DNA of 64,000 nt from Podarcis pityusensis (Eukaryota): NCBI GenBank assembly GCA_964106645.2, contig OZ067040.1; one strand, given 5' to 3'. This document shows, piece by piece, positions 25,736 to 39,487 of the stretch. The position numbers and the translations under genes are program-made. The first letter of the stretch is position 1. Each line of letters begins with the position of its first letter. Under the pieces are notes generated by a model, which saw nothing but the letters and a program-made list of their open reading frames with translations, made no database searches and was not told the origin of the DNA.

Positions 25736-26913
25736 CTAGAAAGTGAAGAAAACTTATTATAGGATCAATGTTTTGTAAGTTATTTTAACTAAAACATTAT
25801 TTGTTTATACATAAGATATTCATGCACCTACCAAGGACAAGAAAAAATTATATAATAAACTACCTCAAAACTCTTCAAAAGCAGAAATTGTCAGGAATTA
25901 CATTTGCAGCAAATTGAGAAAAATAAAATCATAGATTTGTAGAGTTGGATGGAACCACTAGGATCATGCAGTCCAACCCTCTACAGAACTCTTCCTAACT
26001 GAATATATTTTTTATCAAATTGAAAATGTGCTGCATCAAAAAATTTAATATTCACAGAGCACAAATGTTGTTGTACCAACCCATCATAAAATGGTGTGTT
26101 ACAGATGCATGTACATGAACACTAAATATATAGATCAGCGTACTAGTGTATAAACAAATGCACAATTTTTTAATGCCATATGCCTAGAATGCACTCCTAT
26201 TCAGTATTGATTCATGGTATGAACATATAAGCATGCCACGATCCATTATGGGCTACCTTAGAACTGAGTCAGTTACCCCACTTCTCCAGTCTAGAGTCCC
26301 CATGCATATAGAAATTTGTATTAACAAAAGGGCTCAGCTTTCATAAGATTGCTTCTTGTCCTTGAATAATTCAGAGATTTAAATATAGAGACTACGTTCT
26401 ATAGGTACCATACAACTTATTTTTATTGAAGCTAGCAAGTTTCCTGAACCTTACTAATATTTCTTTAAAGTACTGTCATTTTTGGTTTTAGGGTGCAATC
26501 CAAACCCTCTCAAGCCATCATTTGGACTTTTTGGAGCAGTACATCCACCACCCATCTGCACTCTGGTTGCTCACTGTGGCCAAAGATGAGGAGGTACAAG
26601 ACAACTGGAACAAATTCCATCATCCGATGGCAGTGATCCCAGTGGATCCCAGTGTGGTTTAGCCCCTCCCTGAGGCACCCCATTTGGGGGCTTGCTGCCA
26701 GCCCCCACAGGCAAGGATATGGCCAGTGGGTCTCCCACTAAGCTCATTCATTGAGTGGAAGGGGGAGGTTGGTGCCATGATGGTTGGCTGGGTGAGCTGG
26801 GAGCACAGGTACATGGAAAATGCAGAAAAGGCTGATAAAGCAAATAAACAATGGCCCCAGCAATTTCCAATGAAAGCCTAAGAAACTAAGGCAATTGACA
26901 AACCTATACTCAC

Positions 26914-27071
26914 CTATAGCACACATTTTCAGTGCAAGGGTTGTGGACTTTAACAATGACAAACACATGTTGAAAATGAGAACGGATATTTTTTGGAGTG
27001 AAAGGAAGCGCTCCAGGCTCTTGGAAGACAATGGTAACAATGTCATTTCCTATGTGCCTTTTCCTTAAAAG
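26914..27071 (-). CDS. SIPA1L2: SIPA1L2 coding exon 6 (158 nt; RapGAP catalytic Asn-thumb helix)
   Basis: TAG|CTT...AG|GTGAG; encodes [52 protein letters not shown]. The KRHIGND catalytic motif is intact. Confidence 0.97.
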
Positions 27072-29009
27072 CTAGATGCAAAACAAACAAACAAAAAAAC
27101 ATTAAAACGGTGACTACAATTTCCTTCACATCCACTAGAAAAAAAGATAACTATTAAAAATGGCAATTATGTATTTTAAAAAACCCTAGACTTTGATTAG
27201 TCACAATGTTCTTGTCTTGGCACAGGCAGCACGCAACCTAAGTACGGTATATTTTACAGGTCTTGCCTATACCGTTTGAAATACACAGCTCTTTAAAAAG
27301 GGGAAAGTGGTGGGTTGAGAATAGGTAAAATCTTAAACCAGTCTTGTTCAAGTATATGAAGCATAGACCCACACTATATAGCCCTTTAATCATTTCCAAG
27401 ATGCAAAATAACTTTTCATATATGAAATAAACATTTCTTGTTTCCTTAAGATGTTTTTCCTCACTGTAGTGGTTTCTATATCGACTAGAAATTCTCAACA
27501 TTTTAAACCAATCTTTCCCCACCATAAAAAGCACAACAGTCACCAAATATCTTCACAGGACAATTTTATTTCAATTAAGTTTGGAAATGCAGCAGTGGAC
27601 AAAGGCAGGCCAAGATCCAAGGATTCCTAAATGTACGTTGAAGCGGTTCAACACAGCTTTTGCCTTTTATTTCCAGCTGCAACTTTCCACACTATTACAG
27701 TAACCTCCCAGACTTTTGGGAACAGCTTTTTGGGTAGTGTGTCTGCAGCAGACTCTGTGAAAGAAAGGGGACCTCAGATATCCTGGCACACATTTAGAAT
27801 CTCTCATGTGGTCCTTTGGATATTGCCCCATGCAGACATTCATATTACAGCTAAAGATGATATTTTGAAGTAACATATCTTAAGTAACATAACCTAGTAT
27901 CAATTTAAATAACTTGTAACCATGTAACAAGCATGTAATTAAAACATCAACCTTTTCTATAATTATTTGGAAAGCTGAAAAGGTGTTGGAAATGTTACAA
28001 TCCAGGAGCTCCACAGACACATACCGATGTTCACATGCAGTTTTCTGGTGAATTTTTACTTCAGTAGTCCACAATAGTAAACCAGAAGCTATTTCAGCTT
28101 CTCTTTGTTAGCTTAAAAGAAGAGCTGTCAGTGAAAGGAAATACTGAAGCAACACAAAGTCTCTGTTAAGTCTATCTACCAGAAAGTTTCGATCTCAGGG
28201 CTTTTGGAAATGGTGCAATACCTTTTTGTTTACTGTGTAAATTTGGGATGTCCAGGATTAAGCTGCTAGAAAATTGGAGATATGACCTCTGCTGTATTCT
28301 GAGGTCTTGTAATTGAATTTTATTTAAAACATTACCTATTACTGGCTTTTGAAATGATGTAGATGACAGACATATGTAAATGAAAATCACAACTGTGGGT
28401 ATGCATCTGGTGCACACTGAGTTATGGTATAGGGTACAACCCAACTCTATTAAAATCAATGAAAGTTTTGCCATACCATTATAAGCCAGTAGCTGCAATC
28501 CATTTTACAGCTACAAACACTAATTTCAGCGTGTTTTTAGTGGGGCATAAATACTTGGGTACAGGTGGACTAAAGTAATTGGACTGGATTGAACTAATCT
28601 GTTGCACTAGCAGAAGCCAGTGCAACAAGTCCTAAGAGATCAATAGGACTTGCCCCCCTCACCTTCACACCAATGCCCCCCCCCATATCTGATTGGGAGA
28701 GTCAGGAGAGCCCCCAAAACAGGGTGCAGAGGGAGGAGTTCATTTTGCCTGGCAAGCAAAAGTAACTGTGCGGATGGAATGATCTCCTTGGGGCAATGCT
28801 GAATTCCCCCCAAAGGCTCTATGGAAGTGAGTTTTATCACTGCTAACATATTACCAAAATAAAAGTTCATGTACAGAACAGCTGTAGTTTCCCATATATT
28901 CAAATTATTCTAAAGTTGCAGAAAGTGACAATAATACCTTTGATTTCAGTTTCCTCTGTTAACAGTGACAGATTAAAAATCAGGAAACAGAAGTAAGAAG
29001 TAAATATTT

Positions 29010-29124
29010 CAGGGTTAGCCAACATGGTGACCTCCAGATGATTTGGATTACAACTCCCATCAGCCTTGATCATTAGCCATGCTGGCTAAGACTGAAAGAA
29101 GTTGCACCACATTGGCTATGCCTT
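29010..29124. mobile_element. Foldback hAT-type MITE, same family as 9301-9436 (internally deleted)
   Basis: CAGGGTTAGCCAAC...TACAACTCCCATCAGCC...GCCATGCTGGCT...TTGGCTATGCCT. Confidence 0.6.
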
Positions 29125-31825
29125 CAGGAAAGTGTACAAACAGAATGAACATTTTGCCTACTCCAGTCTGTGTGAGGAAAGGCATGTAACAGCTAGTTGA
29201 GTGGAGGACAGATTTTTTCCAGGGGATCTCTAGAAGGCCCACTTATGGGCTTCAAAGGTTCCTGACTTTGGATGACATGCTAAGCAAAAACATAACTTAG
29301 CTCGGCAAAGTGCAGCAGCAAAACAAACTAGAGAGGGGCAAAATGGACAATTTCCTTTTTGGGATCCCACATATTTGCCTCAAGCCATGGCTTGGCTTAG
29401 ATATTAGGTGCTAATTGGGTTGAATAATAAATAACAGACATTTGCAATATAAACCTTTCTAAATTATTTTAAAGGGCATCAATAGTTCCTGAAAGGAATT
29501 TGAGTCTTGTCACCAACATGCATGAGCATATTCATTAATGTAATTGTATTAACCTAACCATATAAAACAAATTAGAACTCGTTCATTCTTTAAAATGTTG
29601 GCAAATTGGGTGAGATTTCTGAGGTACAACTAATATTTTAGTCAACATAGCAGACAACCATTATAATCATTACCATAAAGGTCTGTACAACATCATAAAA
29701 AACAGTAATAGAACCATATAATTATAAATGGGGAATTGAAATGCAAGGAACAGGCAAGGAGAGTTAAATAGATGATATTGATATGTAATACATTGATCTC
29801 GGTAGGATTGTATAAATGGAATGCAAATTGAATGGAGAAAAAGGTATGAAAAAAAGAGAGACACTGTTCTGAAAGCTGAAGAAAATGGTATGTAACTATT
29901 ATACAGAGCTTGTTTTCATATCTCTAAGTTCTTTTCCCCTTTCTCTCCTTATTTGTTCAACTGCCCTTCCAACACACTCTTAACAATGATACAATTCAAT
30001 TGGAATTTTAAATATAGTACATAGGTCAAGTGAGATTATTTTCAGGAAGTAACACAATATTGACAACAAGACCCTAATAACAGTTTTCACCTTAGTTCTA
30101 ACACAATATTTACTTGGAAGTAAGGTCCACTGATAATAGTATTTTTTTAAAAAAAAAATGTAGATCACAACCTTAATTGGGGTGGTAAATCTAAATATGA
30201 ATCCAGTAAAATATCAGCATTAATGAACTTAATTTTAATATGAAAGAGTATCAAGTTAAGAGAATGTTAGAAAAGAAATATCTACCACCTTTTAAAAATA
30301 ATGTATTCGTTCTGATCTGACCTTAATTGTGGACCTTCAATTTACTTTACTGGCTCTGTTTTCCCTAACATGCTAATCAAATGTGATTTTAAGTTTTCCA
30401 GATAATCTGAAATAGGATGCACCACCTAATCTGTCCCTTTAGCATATTTTTATTCATCTCTAAGCTTCCCAAGCTAGATTGACCATTATCGGACAGCTAA
30501 AGCCACAGCAATCTATTTCTGTAAGCCTTAATTGCTCAAGCGAAAGCAACAAAGCTATCCTGTCATATTGCATAAAGCATCTTTCTTCATTCAATTTAAT
30601 GGGGGGGGGGAATGAAAAGACATCACAAGAAACCTTCAAGCTTATTTTAATTTAGTAATAAAATAAGTGGTTTCATAGTAAGTTTGCATTATAATATGTT
30701 AATATTTACATATACAAAGATCACATATTTCAATCAGACCTGATTAAAACTAGGAAAATTCCAAACACTGAAGAAGCATTTAATCTTACATACCAAGACA
30801 GTAACTCGTTTTCATTTTTTTTATTATTATATCAGACAAGGAGATAACTTGACAAAAGATTTGGATTAATCAGATCTGACCAAAGATAACAAAAGCAAAT
30901 GGCAGAAGTGTGAGGAAATATTGCAAGGAAATGATCTGGAAAGGGTGTCTACAAGGGTAAAAGTTCAACAGGAGAAGCCTTTAACTGTGATGTGTAAGGA
31001 AAGCCAATACAAGGAGGTGGTACTGGCCACACCAGAGTGGGTAGCTCCCTCTGTTCTGATCAGAACACAGAGTGAAGACTCCCCACCCTATATTGCAGCC
31101 AAAGTGAAAAATTACCTGTGTGTTTGGATCTCCTGCTCGCTCTAAAACTAGAGGGATGTCCTGATCAGTGACCAAGCAGGGCGTAGTTATTTCCTAGAAA
31201 AAGCAACAGACAGTTCTGGTGTGGCCTATTTCTGGCTCACAGGTAATTGGATTTTATGAAATGTTCATTGGAGATAGTGCTCACAGTAGCTGGCTACATA
31301 CCTTGGCCAGTGACCATATGAGGTATAATGGATGTATAAACCTATTCACACCATAATTTCAGTGGGAGGCTAGACCTCTAGATCCCATTCAAATCTAAGA
31401 TGGGAAGTTCCCACATGACTCGGATAAGTGGATGAAACAAGATAAGCCCTGTACACAAAGTAAAATTTCTATACCACAGGGCTGGTAAGACTGTTCCTTC
31501 AAGACAGCAGCAACTTTATCTGTGATGCTGAATCTTAGCTTCCTGTGTGTCTCAGAGGGAAAGGTTTGTTATTTTATGTGAATTGTTCCTAGCTTGTCAA
31601 GAATACTTCCATGGGTGCATTCTACATTATATAGTTTGGCAAGGAGGTACCAACAGAAAGAGAAAATAAACATTCATTAGCTATTTCTTCTACACATTAA
31701 GGCTGGCTAAATGTTGATTACTAGAGTGTGCTTATCACATTTTATTGAAAAGTGTCCATGCTGTGCAAATACCACTGGCATCCAGTATCATAAAAAATAA
31801 TGTGGGGGGCCTTCAGATCTCAGTT

Positions 31826-32207
31826 GCCTGGTTTGTGCATAACGCTAAATCAAATTATGGTTTAGTGTGAACAAAGAAGTATGCTTTGCTCCTGCAGCAA
31901 CACTACCAATAGCTAAGCCATTGGTTAGCTAAGCTAAGCTTAGCCTTATGAACTAGAGCTCATGGTTCATCTCACTCCAAACAAACCACAATGTTAGCCA
32001 AAGTTTGTTCTCAGCTTACTGTTCTTGGTTTGATTTGGGGGAGACAAACCGTAAGCCCAAGTTTGCTAAGTCAAACCATGGTTTACCTATTGGTAATGAA
32101 ACAGCCGGGAAGGAGCTAAGCAGCCACACTTTTCACTATGTGCACCAGCACACTGTTTTGTTCAAATTAAGCCATAGTTCGGCTTAGTGATACGTGCAAA
32201 TGAGGCC
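31826..32207. mobile_element. Foldback MITE, possibly PIF/Harbinger-like
   Basis: Left end GCCTGGTTTGTGCATAACGCTAA vs reverse complement of right end GGCCTCATTTGCACGTATCACTAA; internal AACCATGGTT/AAGCCATAGTT-type repeats. Confidence 0.5.
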
Positions 32208-33065
32208 AATGTTACCTAAATATGGAAAACTTCCACATTATTTTATCCAAAGAAATCCATAGAACAGACTATGATATTACTGCTAAATATACCAAGACTG
32301 TCTAAGGTACAAAGACTGATGAGTGTTTACTAAAACATTGTGGAAGGGTGTGATTGTTACTGGGGAAATAATGGAATTAGGTTGGAAAATTTTGAGGATA
32401 AACCAAGAACAGGCTTTAGTTTGTCTAGAGAGGAAGACACATTAGGGAATATTTAGGTAAAGATATAAGCAAAGGTAAGAAAACTGAAGAGTGAAATGAG
32501 TGGCTCAAGCAAACACAATAGTGAGGGTGACAAACGCCATACAATTCTGGAAGAAGTGGATCAAGGTAAAAGGTTATTTCCTATGCTCACAGTTTAGGTA
32601 AAACCGAGACAAAGACTAACATTCAACATCAAGTAAGGGTTTAATGTATTGTCATTGCCTGCAATTAGGAACAAAAATATTTGAAATCAACATTGAGTAT
32701 ATCTTTTGTAGAAGTATTTTCTACAATAGTTAAACTTTGCAATTTAAACCCATCCACAGATAGATTACAGTTTCTCAAACATTTTGTTATTCCAGTGTAT
32801 ACTGTCTTTTGTGTCATATTGGAGGGAATAAAATATTTGCAAATAGATGCAGTAAGCTCCTTGTTCACAACTTTGATATGTTAACCTATCACTTTAATCA
32901 CCTTGGGCATGTGCACTGGATTACAAAGAAATTTAAGTGTTTCTAAATTACATGGAAATATAATTAACTTCATATGATAGATTGAATTTTTTTCTGTATC
33001 ATCATAAATGGTCAAAATGGTCCCAAAAACCATAGGTAGACCAAATATGGAAGATGTATAGTGGA

Positions 33066-33240
33066 AGGGACATAGCTCACTGGTAGTGCATTTGCTTTGT
33101 ATGCAGAAGGTCCCAAGTTCCATTCCTGGCATTTCTAGCTGTAGGGCTGGAAATGTCCCCATCAGAAACCCTAGTTTCTGTTGCTGGTTAGTGTAGACAG
33201 TACTGAGGTAGATGTATTCTAAAGCCGTTTCCTATATGCC
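33066..33240 (+). mobile_element. tRNA-derived squamate SINE (Squam3-like)
   Basis: Head GGGACATAGCTCACTGGTAG (A box) ... GCAGAAGGTCCCAAGTTCCATTCCTGGC (B box), followed by a non-tRNA body GTAGGGCTGG...GTGTAGACAGTACTGAG. Confidence 0.7.
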
Positions 33241-34679
33241 TTTCACGTATAATTTCTAGCTCCATTTTAAAAGGTGTTGCTACAATATTTTCTCATTGGA
33301 TAGAACTGTGCAGGTCTACTATTAAGACTTTCTCTTTATCCAACTAAGGCTTCGTTCTATCCTCTGGGCACTTGCCTTGGGAATAGTTCCCATTGAAAAC
33401 AATAGAAAGTACACCTGAGTTAAAACAGTACAAAACAAGCTATAAAGTTCTGATAGTTTGGTGAATTTGGTAAACAAGACAGCTGGTTACACCTACCCAC
33501 TTCTAGGAAAGTGATTTGCCAATGATTATAAAACTATTTTAATTTTTATACATCTACGAAGCTATTCTTTTAGAACTCCAGAATTGCAAGTTCTGCCACA
33601 TTCTCAACTTGCTCACTTTAGGCATAAATATAATATCATACAACCTAACTACTACAATTTTAGCTACTCTCCCAAAACAAATTCACCACAGATAAGGAAA
33701 TAACTTTTATACATCTGTCAATAAGTCTGAAAATATGTTTGCAGAAATCCTTATTCTTTGTGCAGATATACAAGGAACTGTTTTTGCTTCTTTTATCTAC
33801 ACACACTGGCTTGCAGAATGTTACACTCTGAGCAGTAATCTCATTTGTGAATGGCTCCTTTATTCACACATTAAATTCGTAGAAGTGGGAATATATTATA
33901 CATTTTAAAGTATCTATTTCTTTTAAATCCCATTTATAAAGCAAACTTATGCCAAAGGTATTATTTATATCAATTAGTACAGGCAAAGACAGGGTTAACC
34001 TTACAAAAACAAAAAAAGAAAATCATAATTCAATTCAAGCCAATGGCAAAAGCCCATTAACTTCAAATCATTCAAGACTGCAACCATTAGGATTCTACAA
34101 AACCTCTGATGCAATGTCATTTTTAGCCATCCTTAATGCTGCAAGATATTCTAAACTAGAACAGAATGGTACATGTTCAAACATTAACTGTATTTGCTAT
34201 ATAATGCTCTATTATCTATGTGCATAACAGACAAGCAGTATGTTAAGTTATTAGAATACCAAAACTTACACCATGAAAAATCAAATTACATATACTTGCA
34301 TCTTTTAAATGCACATTATTTAAAATTAGGCTGGATTCAGTTTGTTTTGGTAGGAGAGGAAGTATTTAAGTTTCCAGAAGTATCTGTATCACTGAATACT
34401 GGCAATTCAGTGAAATAATTTATTCTCTCTTTTTTAAAAATGGAAAGACCAGATATATTAAAAAAATAGTTAACAGAATAAACTTTTGGGTCAAAGCAGA
34501 AGTAATAAACCTAAGCATTTTAATCCGTAAGCAATATGCAATCCTCAAGTTAAAATAATAACAACAATAATTTTTACTGAGTATTCATAACAAACATTTC
34601 AACAACAAAAATACATTCTACAAACAACTTCTCAGACAAGAAATCATGCATGATTCCCTAAAGCTGACTTGAGACATAC

Positions 34680-34783
34680 CTGTTGCCTGTTACTGGGCAT
34701 ATACGGAAGCATAGTTGACACATGAAACATTATTTCGTAATCTTTGTAGGTAGTATAAAGGGAATGTGTTCCAGTTGAATCGG
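34680..34783 (-). CDS. SIPA1L2: SIPA1L2 coding exon 5 (104 nt; RapGAP)
   Basis: CAG|CC...CAG|GTATG; encodes [35 protein letters not shown]. Confidence 0.96.
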
Positions 34784-35616
34784 CTGAAATTAAAGTCCAC
34801 AAGTGGGTCAATGAAGACAATGCAGAAATTCAAGTATAATATAAACATCTCTCCCCACCACTGGGCCGCAAAAAAAAACCATCCAGCAAATATGACAGTT
34901 CCATAAAAATTCCAAATAGTTTCAGAAGCCCTTTCCAAGCCATATGTCCCTATTGTAATTTGGCATTCAACTATTTCCTGTGGCAAGTGAAAGTTGCATG
35001 CCATTCAATGGGTGCAGCACAACCACTAAGACGGAGCACGCAAAACACAGCCACTTACGTAACCCCTTGTTTTCCTCGCCAAGGAAACCAGCTGCTGGGT
35101 CTGGTCTTCCTAGAGCAAGGATGAGGAACCTCAGGCCCAAATGTGGCCCCTCCAGGCCCCTCTGTCCAGTTCTCATGCCTCTTCGGAATGCCTCTCTACC
35201 ACTTCAGGCTACATCCCTCACTGGTCCTACTCCATGCTCTCATCTTTGCCTGTCTGTAGTATGTCCTTCAATTGTAATGATGCCTCCTGCTTGCCTGGAT
35301 GGAGGATGGAGATGGGTGTCAGTGTGGGTGTGTCTGGACAGCTCTGCATGGTTGGAATGTAGTCAACTGCACAAAGATAAAACTCATCTGTTGCTATGAC
35401 TCTGGCCCTAATCATCAGCATGCAGGCCTGGAACACTGTCTGGCCCCACTGTAGGGTGACTGTGTTCAGACTGGAAGGGAAGAAAGAAATGCAGTGTAGA
35501 TGCTGTCTCTGTGATCTCTGTGTAATCTGCATTTACAGAAGGAAAGCACTTTGGCATAACAGATTCCCTTATTTTTATAATTTTAGTGTTTATTACAATT
35601 TATTATTAAAACTTAC

Positions 35617-35791
35617 TTTTATTGTCTAGCTGAGCTCGGTATTTACTGAAACCTTTCAGCCATACTCTCTGACCTAGGAGATCAAGGAATTCGTCAAAAG
35701 CCGGTCCTGCGGTCTCATTGTTATACATCTCCTCCTCAGTGCTTTGGCCTGCTTTGCAATACAGGATCCCAATCTTGTGCTGAAAACTCAG
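35617..35791 (-). CDS. SIPA1L2: SIPA1L2 coding exon 4 (175 nt; RapGAP domain)
   Basis: CAG|CTG...A|GTAAGT; encodes [58 protein letters not shown]. Confidence 0.96.
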
Positions 35792-37981
35792 CTGTAATTA
35801 GGAAAAAACTAGTCAGAACAGAAAAAGTCTCTAAAACAGGGTCTGACAGGTATATTTTGTAACCCTAGTAAGCATTTTTCAGTTTAGGATCAACATATTT
35901 GAACTTCCCTAGAACAGCAGCTAATGCCAATTCTGGCACACTAACTGAACTGAACTTCTTTAGCATATGATGGATAAATCATGCCTTCCCAAAGCCCCTG
36001 TGCAGTATTAATCATTGGATCATTTGCAGCTGCGTATCCTCATTCTCTCTAAGGTTTTCTTTTTATTCTCAGAGACCAAAATACATGTTATACCTATTGA
36101 GATAATCTCTGAAGTGAAATGTGATTTTAGGATTGCTTTGTATACTATAGTACTGTCTACATCTTCATCTAGCAAAATGGGACACCTTATGTTGATCCCA
36201 GTGCAAATGCATTTGGGCTAATTTAAGATATTGCCTGCATAAGCAGGAACATCAGCTTCTGCTGCTCTGGGTGAATGAATTCCCCATTTGTCTTTCGTAA
36301 GTGGTTGTCTGTAAAGAATATGAAGTGTAAGCAGAAAGCACCATATATGGAAGATGTGAGTACTGAAAGCTCTGGAATATTCAACCCAAAAAGACCACAC
36401 AAATTAGTTACTCTTGCATTAGGAAAAAAATACTGTTTTTTTCTAACTTAAATTTCAGATACCTGAAGTTCAATGGACTCTCCTCCTCTTTGCAATAACA
36501 CCAGCGATTTTCTCTATTTTCCCAATTATGTGAAGGATTTTGGTGGAGGTGGGGGTGAAGTTTATACAAGTTCCCTTTTAGATTGTAACTACTGTTGACA
36601 CAATCATCCTGCTTATTTCTGACAATAATTGCAGATGAACTAAAGCATCTATAATGTAAGTATGTATTGCCAATTGATTGTAACAAATAGTGATTATTTT
36701 CACCATAGCAATTGATTTGATCTCTTCTATTTTCAACTTTATTAAAAACTTCTAGTAGTATCAAAATAGGAAGAATCCAGTGTTCCTACATCCATTCTAT
36801 TAGCATTTCCTCTTCCTATTAAAAATTAACCAAGTGATAGAAAGCAGCAGTCTTCCTGTACTGCTTTCAGATATCCAGCCATGCTCAAGGCTCATAATCA
36901 CATACACTGAAAAATACTTATTTGGTCAAAATACATCCTCTGGCTACAGAATAAAAAATGTATGTCATTGAATCAATGAGGTGTGCTGTATAAAGAATAT
37001 TGCTCTATGGAATGAGGAATCCAGGGGACAAATCCCAGCTCAAAACCCCCGGATTGGTTTATTATTTTATTAATTTGTTTCAAAAAATATATATATTGCT
37101 GATTGTAAGAAAAAACCTCAAATGTTGGTTGACTGGTCCAAGGTCACCTTGGAGTCAAGACGTGAGAATAAAATGAGACATCCTCATATATGGTGTCCTG
37201 AGCTCCTTGGAAGAAGCCGGATATTTACCTTATTCATCATATTTGTATAAGGCTGACTAAAATGATGCTCTTTTTTCTGTATCTATATATGCATTTCTAT
37301 ATAAAATGATCAATTATGCCTTTTATAATCTTGCAGAACAGTGTCTGCCTTATCAAACCAATTAATCTCACCATTATTCACTCTGAATTTAAAGTATATG
37401 TTCATTTCATTGCTCATGCAGTGTTAACTTGTTAAATAGTCCCAATTAGAATTTCAGCTGTTTGATCTATCATATATTCCACATAAAGTAAGAAGACTGC
37501 CACTGCGAATGAGGTGTGCTAATTATAATTAGGAAAGAAAAATCTGAAAAGGTGAAAGATTGGCAAACCAATGATTTTCCCTTTAATACAATGTGCAGCT
37601 TTCTAATATTGGGTGTTTACCAAAAATGGCTTACTAAACTGTATTTTACCTCCATGGAAAGTACAGCCATTTGTGCTTGTGATTAGTATGTGTAAATGTT
37701 CATTTTGTATATTTATTGTTTTATGTGAACCACTTTTAACTGAAGCAGTATATAAATAAGCCAACATGTAAAAAAACCAAAAAACCTACAAAATTATCGT
37801 AATATAAATACACAGAAAGTCCCCTTTTGTTAAAGTTCCTTAAAAACCTCCTTCACTTATCGTAAGTTAACTGCATTTCCACAGACAGGTCAGATCAAAT
37901 TCAGTTGTATTTATGACAACAAAACACTGCAATAAGACAACTCACAGGCACGCAAGTTCAGGCAAGGCATGCAATACCTAC

Positions 37982-38170
37982 CCCTTGTTCGTCAAGTTTA
38001 AGCAGCTGCTCAGAAACTTTGGGTGAGTTGGAAGCTTGCCGTAGGCACTGAATGCTCAGTTCTGGTATTACATATTCCAATACTTCTTTAAGAGGTAAAC
38101 CGCGTGCTGTGCCATGTCTAGCAGTAGATGGAATAGCATCTTCTAAAATGGCTCCCCTCAACGTGGTAAG
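37982..38170 (-). CDS. SIPA1L2: SIPA1L2 coding exon 3 (189 nt)
   Basis: TAG|CTT...GGG|GTAGG; encodes [63 protein letters not shown]. Confidence 0.96.
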
Positions 38171-39460
38171 CTACAGCAAGAGTATAAGTCTTACTAAATG
38201 TTTATCATTGTAACACAATCTTCAACAAGGAAAAGGAAGATACAAATTCTATTAAGCTGTTACTGCCTGAACCTGCATAGGGAGAAGTAGGAACATGCAT
38301 GCTAGCCTTACCCCCAACCTTGCTATGCTGAATGGGAAGGTTTGACAGGGGATTAAGTGCATTTGACTGAACCTCTATAGAACTGCACTATCAAGGATTG
38401 TGAAGGGTATTCTAAATGCATTCATCTGGCACATGGTGCTAGGTTGGGGAACCTACACTAGCTTGAGCAATAATGCTTGAACATGGCTACACTTAAGCTT
38501 CATTTACTGTGGTGCTGGGCAACAGCAATTAGCAAAACTTCAAAATTCAACTAAAGGCACACATTGAAAAGAATAAAATAAGCAGAAGGGTTAACAGTCA
38601 GAATCAGGTGTCTATTGAAACATGTTCACAAGCAGTATATTTTCAGCAATAGCACTTGGAGGTTAGCATGAAACCATCACTTTGGGCTCAGTTTCCAGCC
38701 CTCAAGAAGGTTTTATATAAACTTCATAAACTGCACCAGCAAACTATATGGCAAAATGCATCCTTTAATTCTGTGTATGCTAGCCAATGTAAGATCTGAG
38801 AAACCTTTAACAAAGATTTATCACAAATGTCATACACAGCCATTCCCATGATTAATTAACAAGAGAAGGAAAACTGAACTGAAAAACTACCTATAACTGA
38901 AATTAATGGTGGACAACCAGATTTTCGTATGTGTTTTGTTAAAGCTGCCTAAGAAAGTGCCTGAGGCTTAATTAGCATCCCTCCTACGACTTCAGATGCT
39001 ATTGTTTTTTAAACCTTGAACATGCCATTATTTTACAACAAATTACCCTACTGTGCTTTACATAGTTAGTACACTGAAAAAAGAAATAGCTAGAACATCC
39101 AACAACACGAAATAAAATAGACATTTAAAGTATTTTGTTAAAGAGGAATTCTATGTCACATCCCCTTTCTCCCTTCCCCCTCTCAAAACATTATTCCTTT
39201 CCACTCTCTTCCCAAGCCTGCTTATACTTTTATAATCCTCTTCTGTCAAGCATCTGCAGCCATACTTATCTTCTACACTCTCAGGCTCACCATCTGTTTA
39301 TTTTTGGAAAGTGTACCCATTTCCTTCATTCCTCAATAGGGAAAATGAATTTCTGACATAAGAATTGCTAGGCTCCAGTATGCTTTGATTCTACAAGAGC
39401 CATCATATTCTATCTAACTATAAGCACATCCACAAAATAATGTAAAACTACTGCAATCCT

Positions 39461-39487
39461 ACACACACACACACACACACACACACA
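39461..39487. repeat. (AC)13 microsatellite
   Basis: Directly visible. Confidence 0.95.

Noticed and set aside
25424-25762. Plus-strand ORFs antisense to SIPA1L2 exons (also 13012-13248, 18790-19017, 49750-49932)
   Set aside because: These are shadow ORFs of real exons with no independent evidence.
30900-31330. Possible LTR remnant
   Set aside because: I could not identify TG...CA termini, a TSD, a primer-binding site or a paired copy.
33066-33135. tRNA-like sequence
   Set aside because: The A/B boxes are decayed and continue into a SINE body; no intact cloverleaf is evident.
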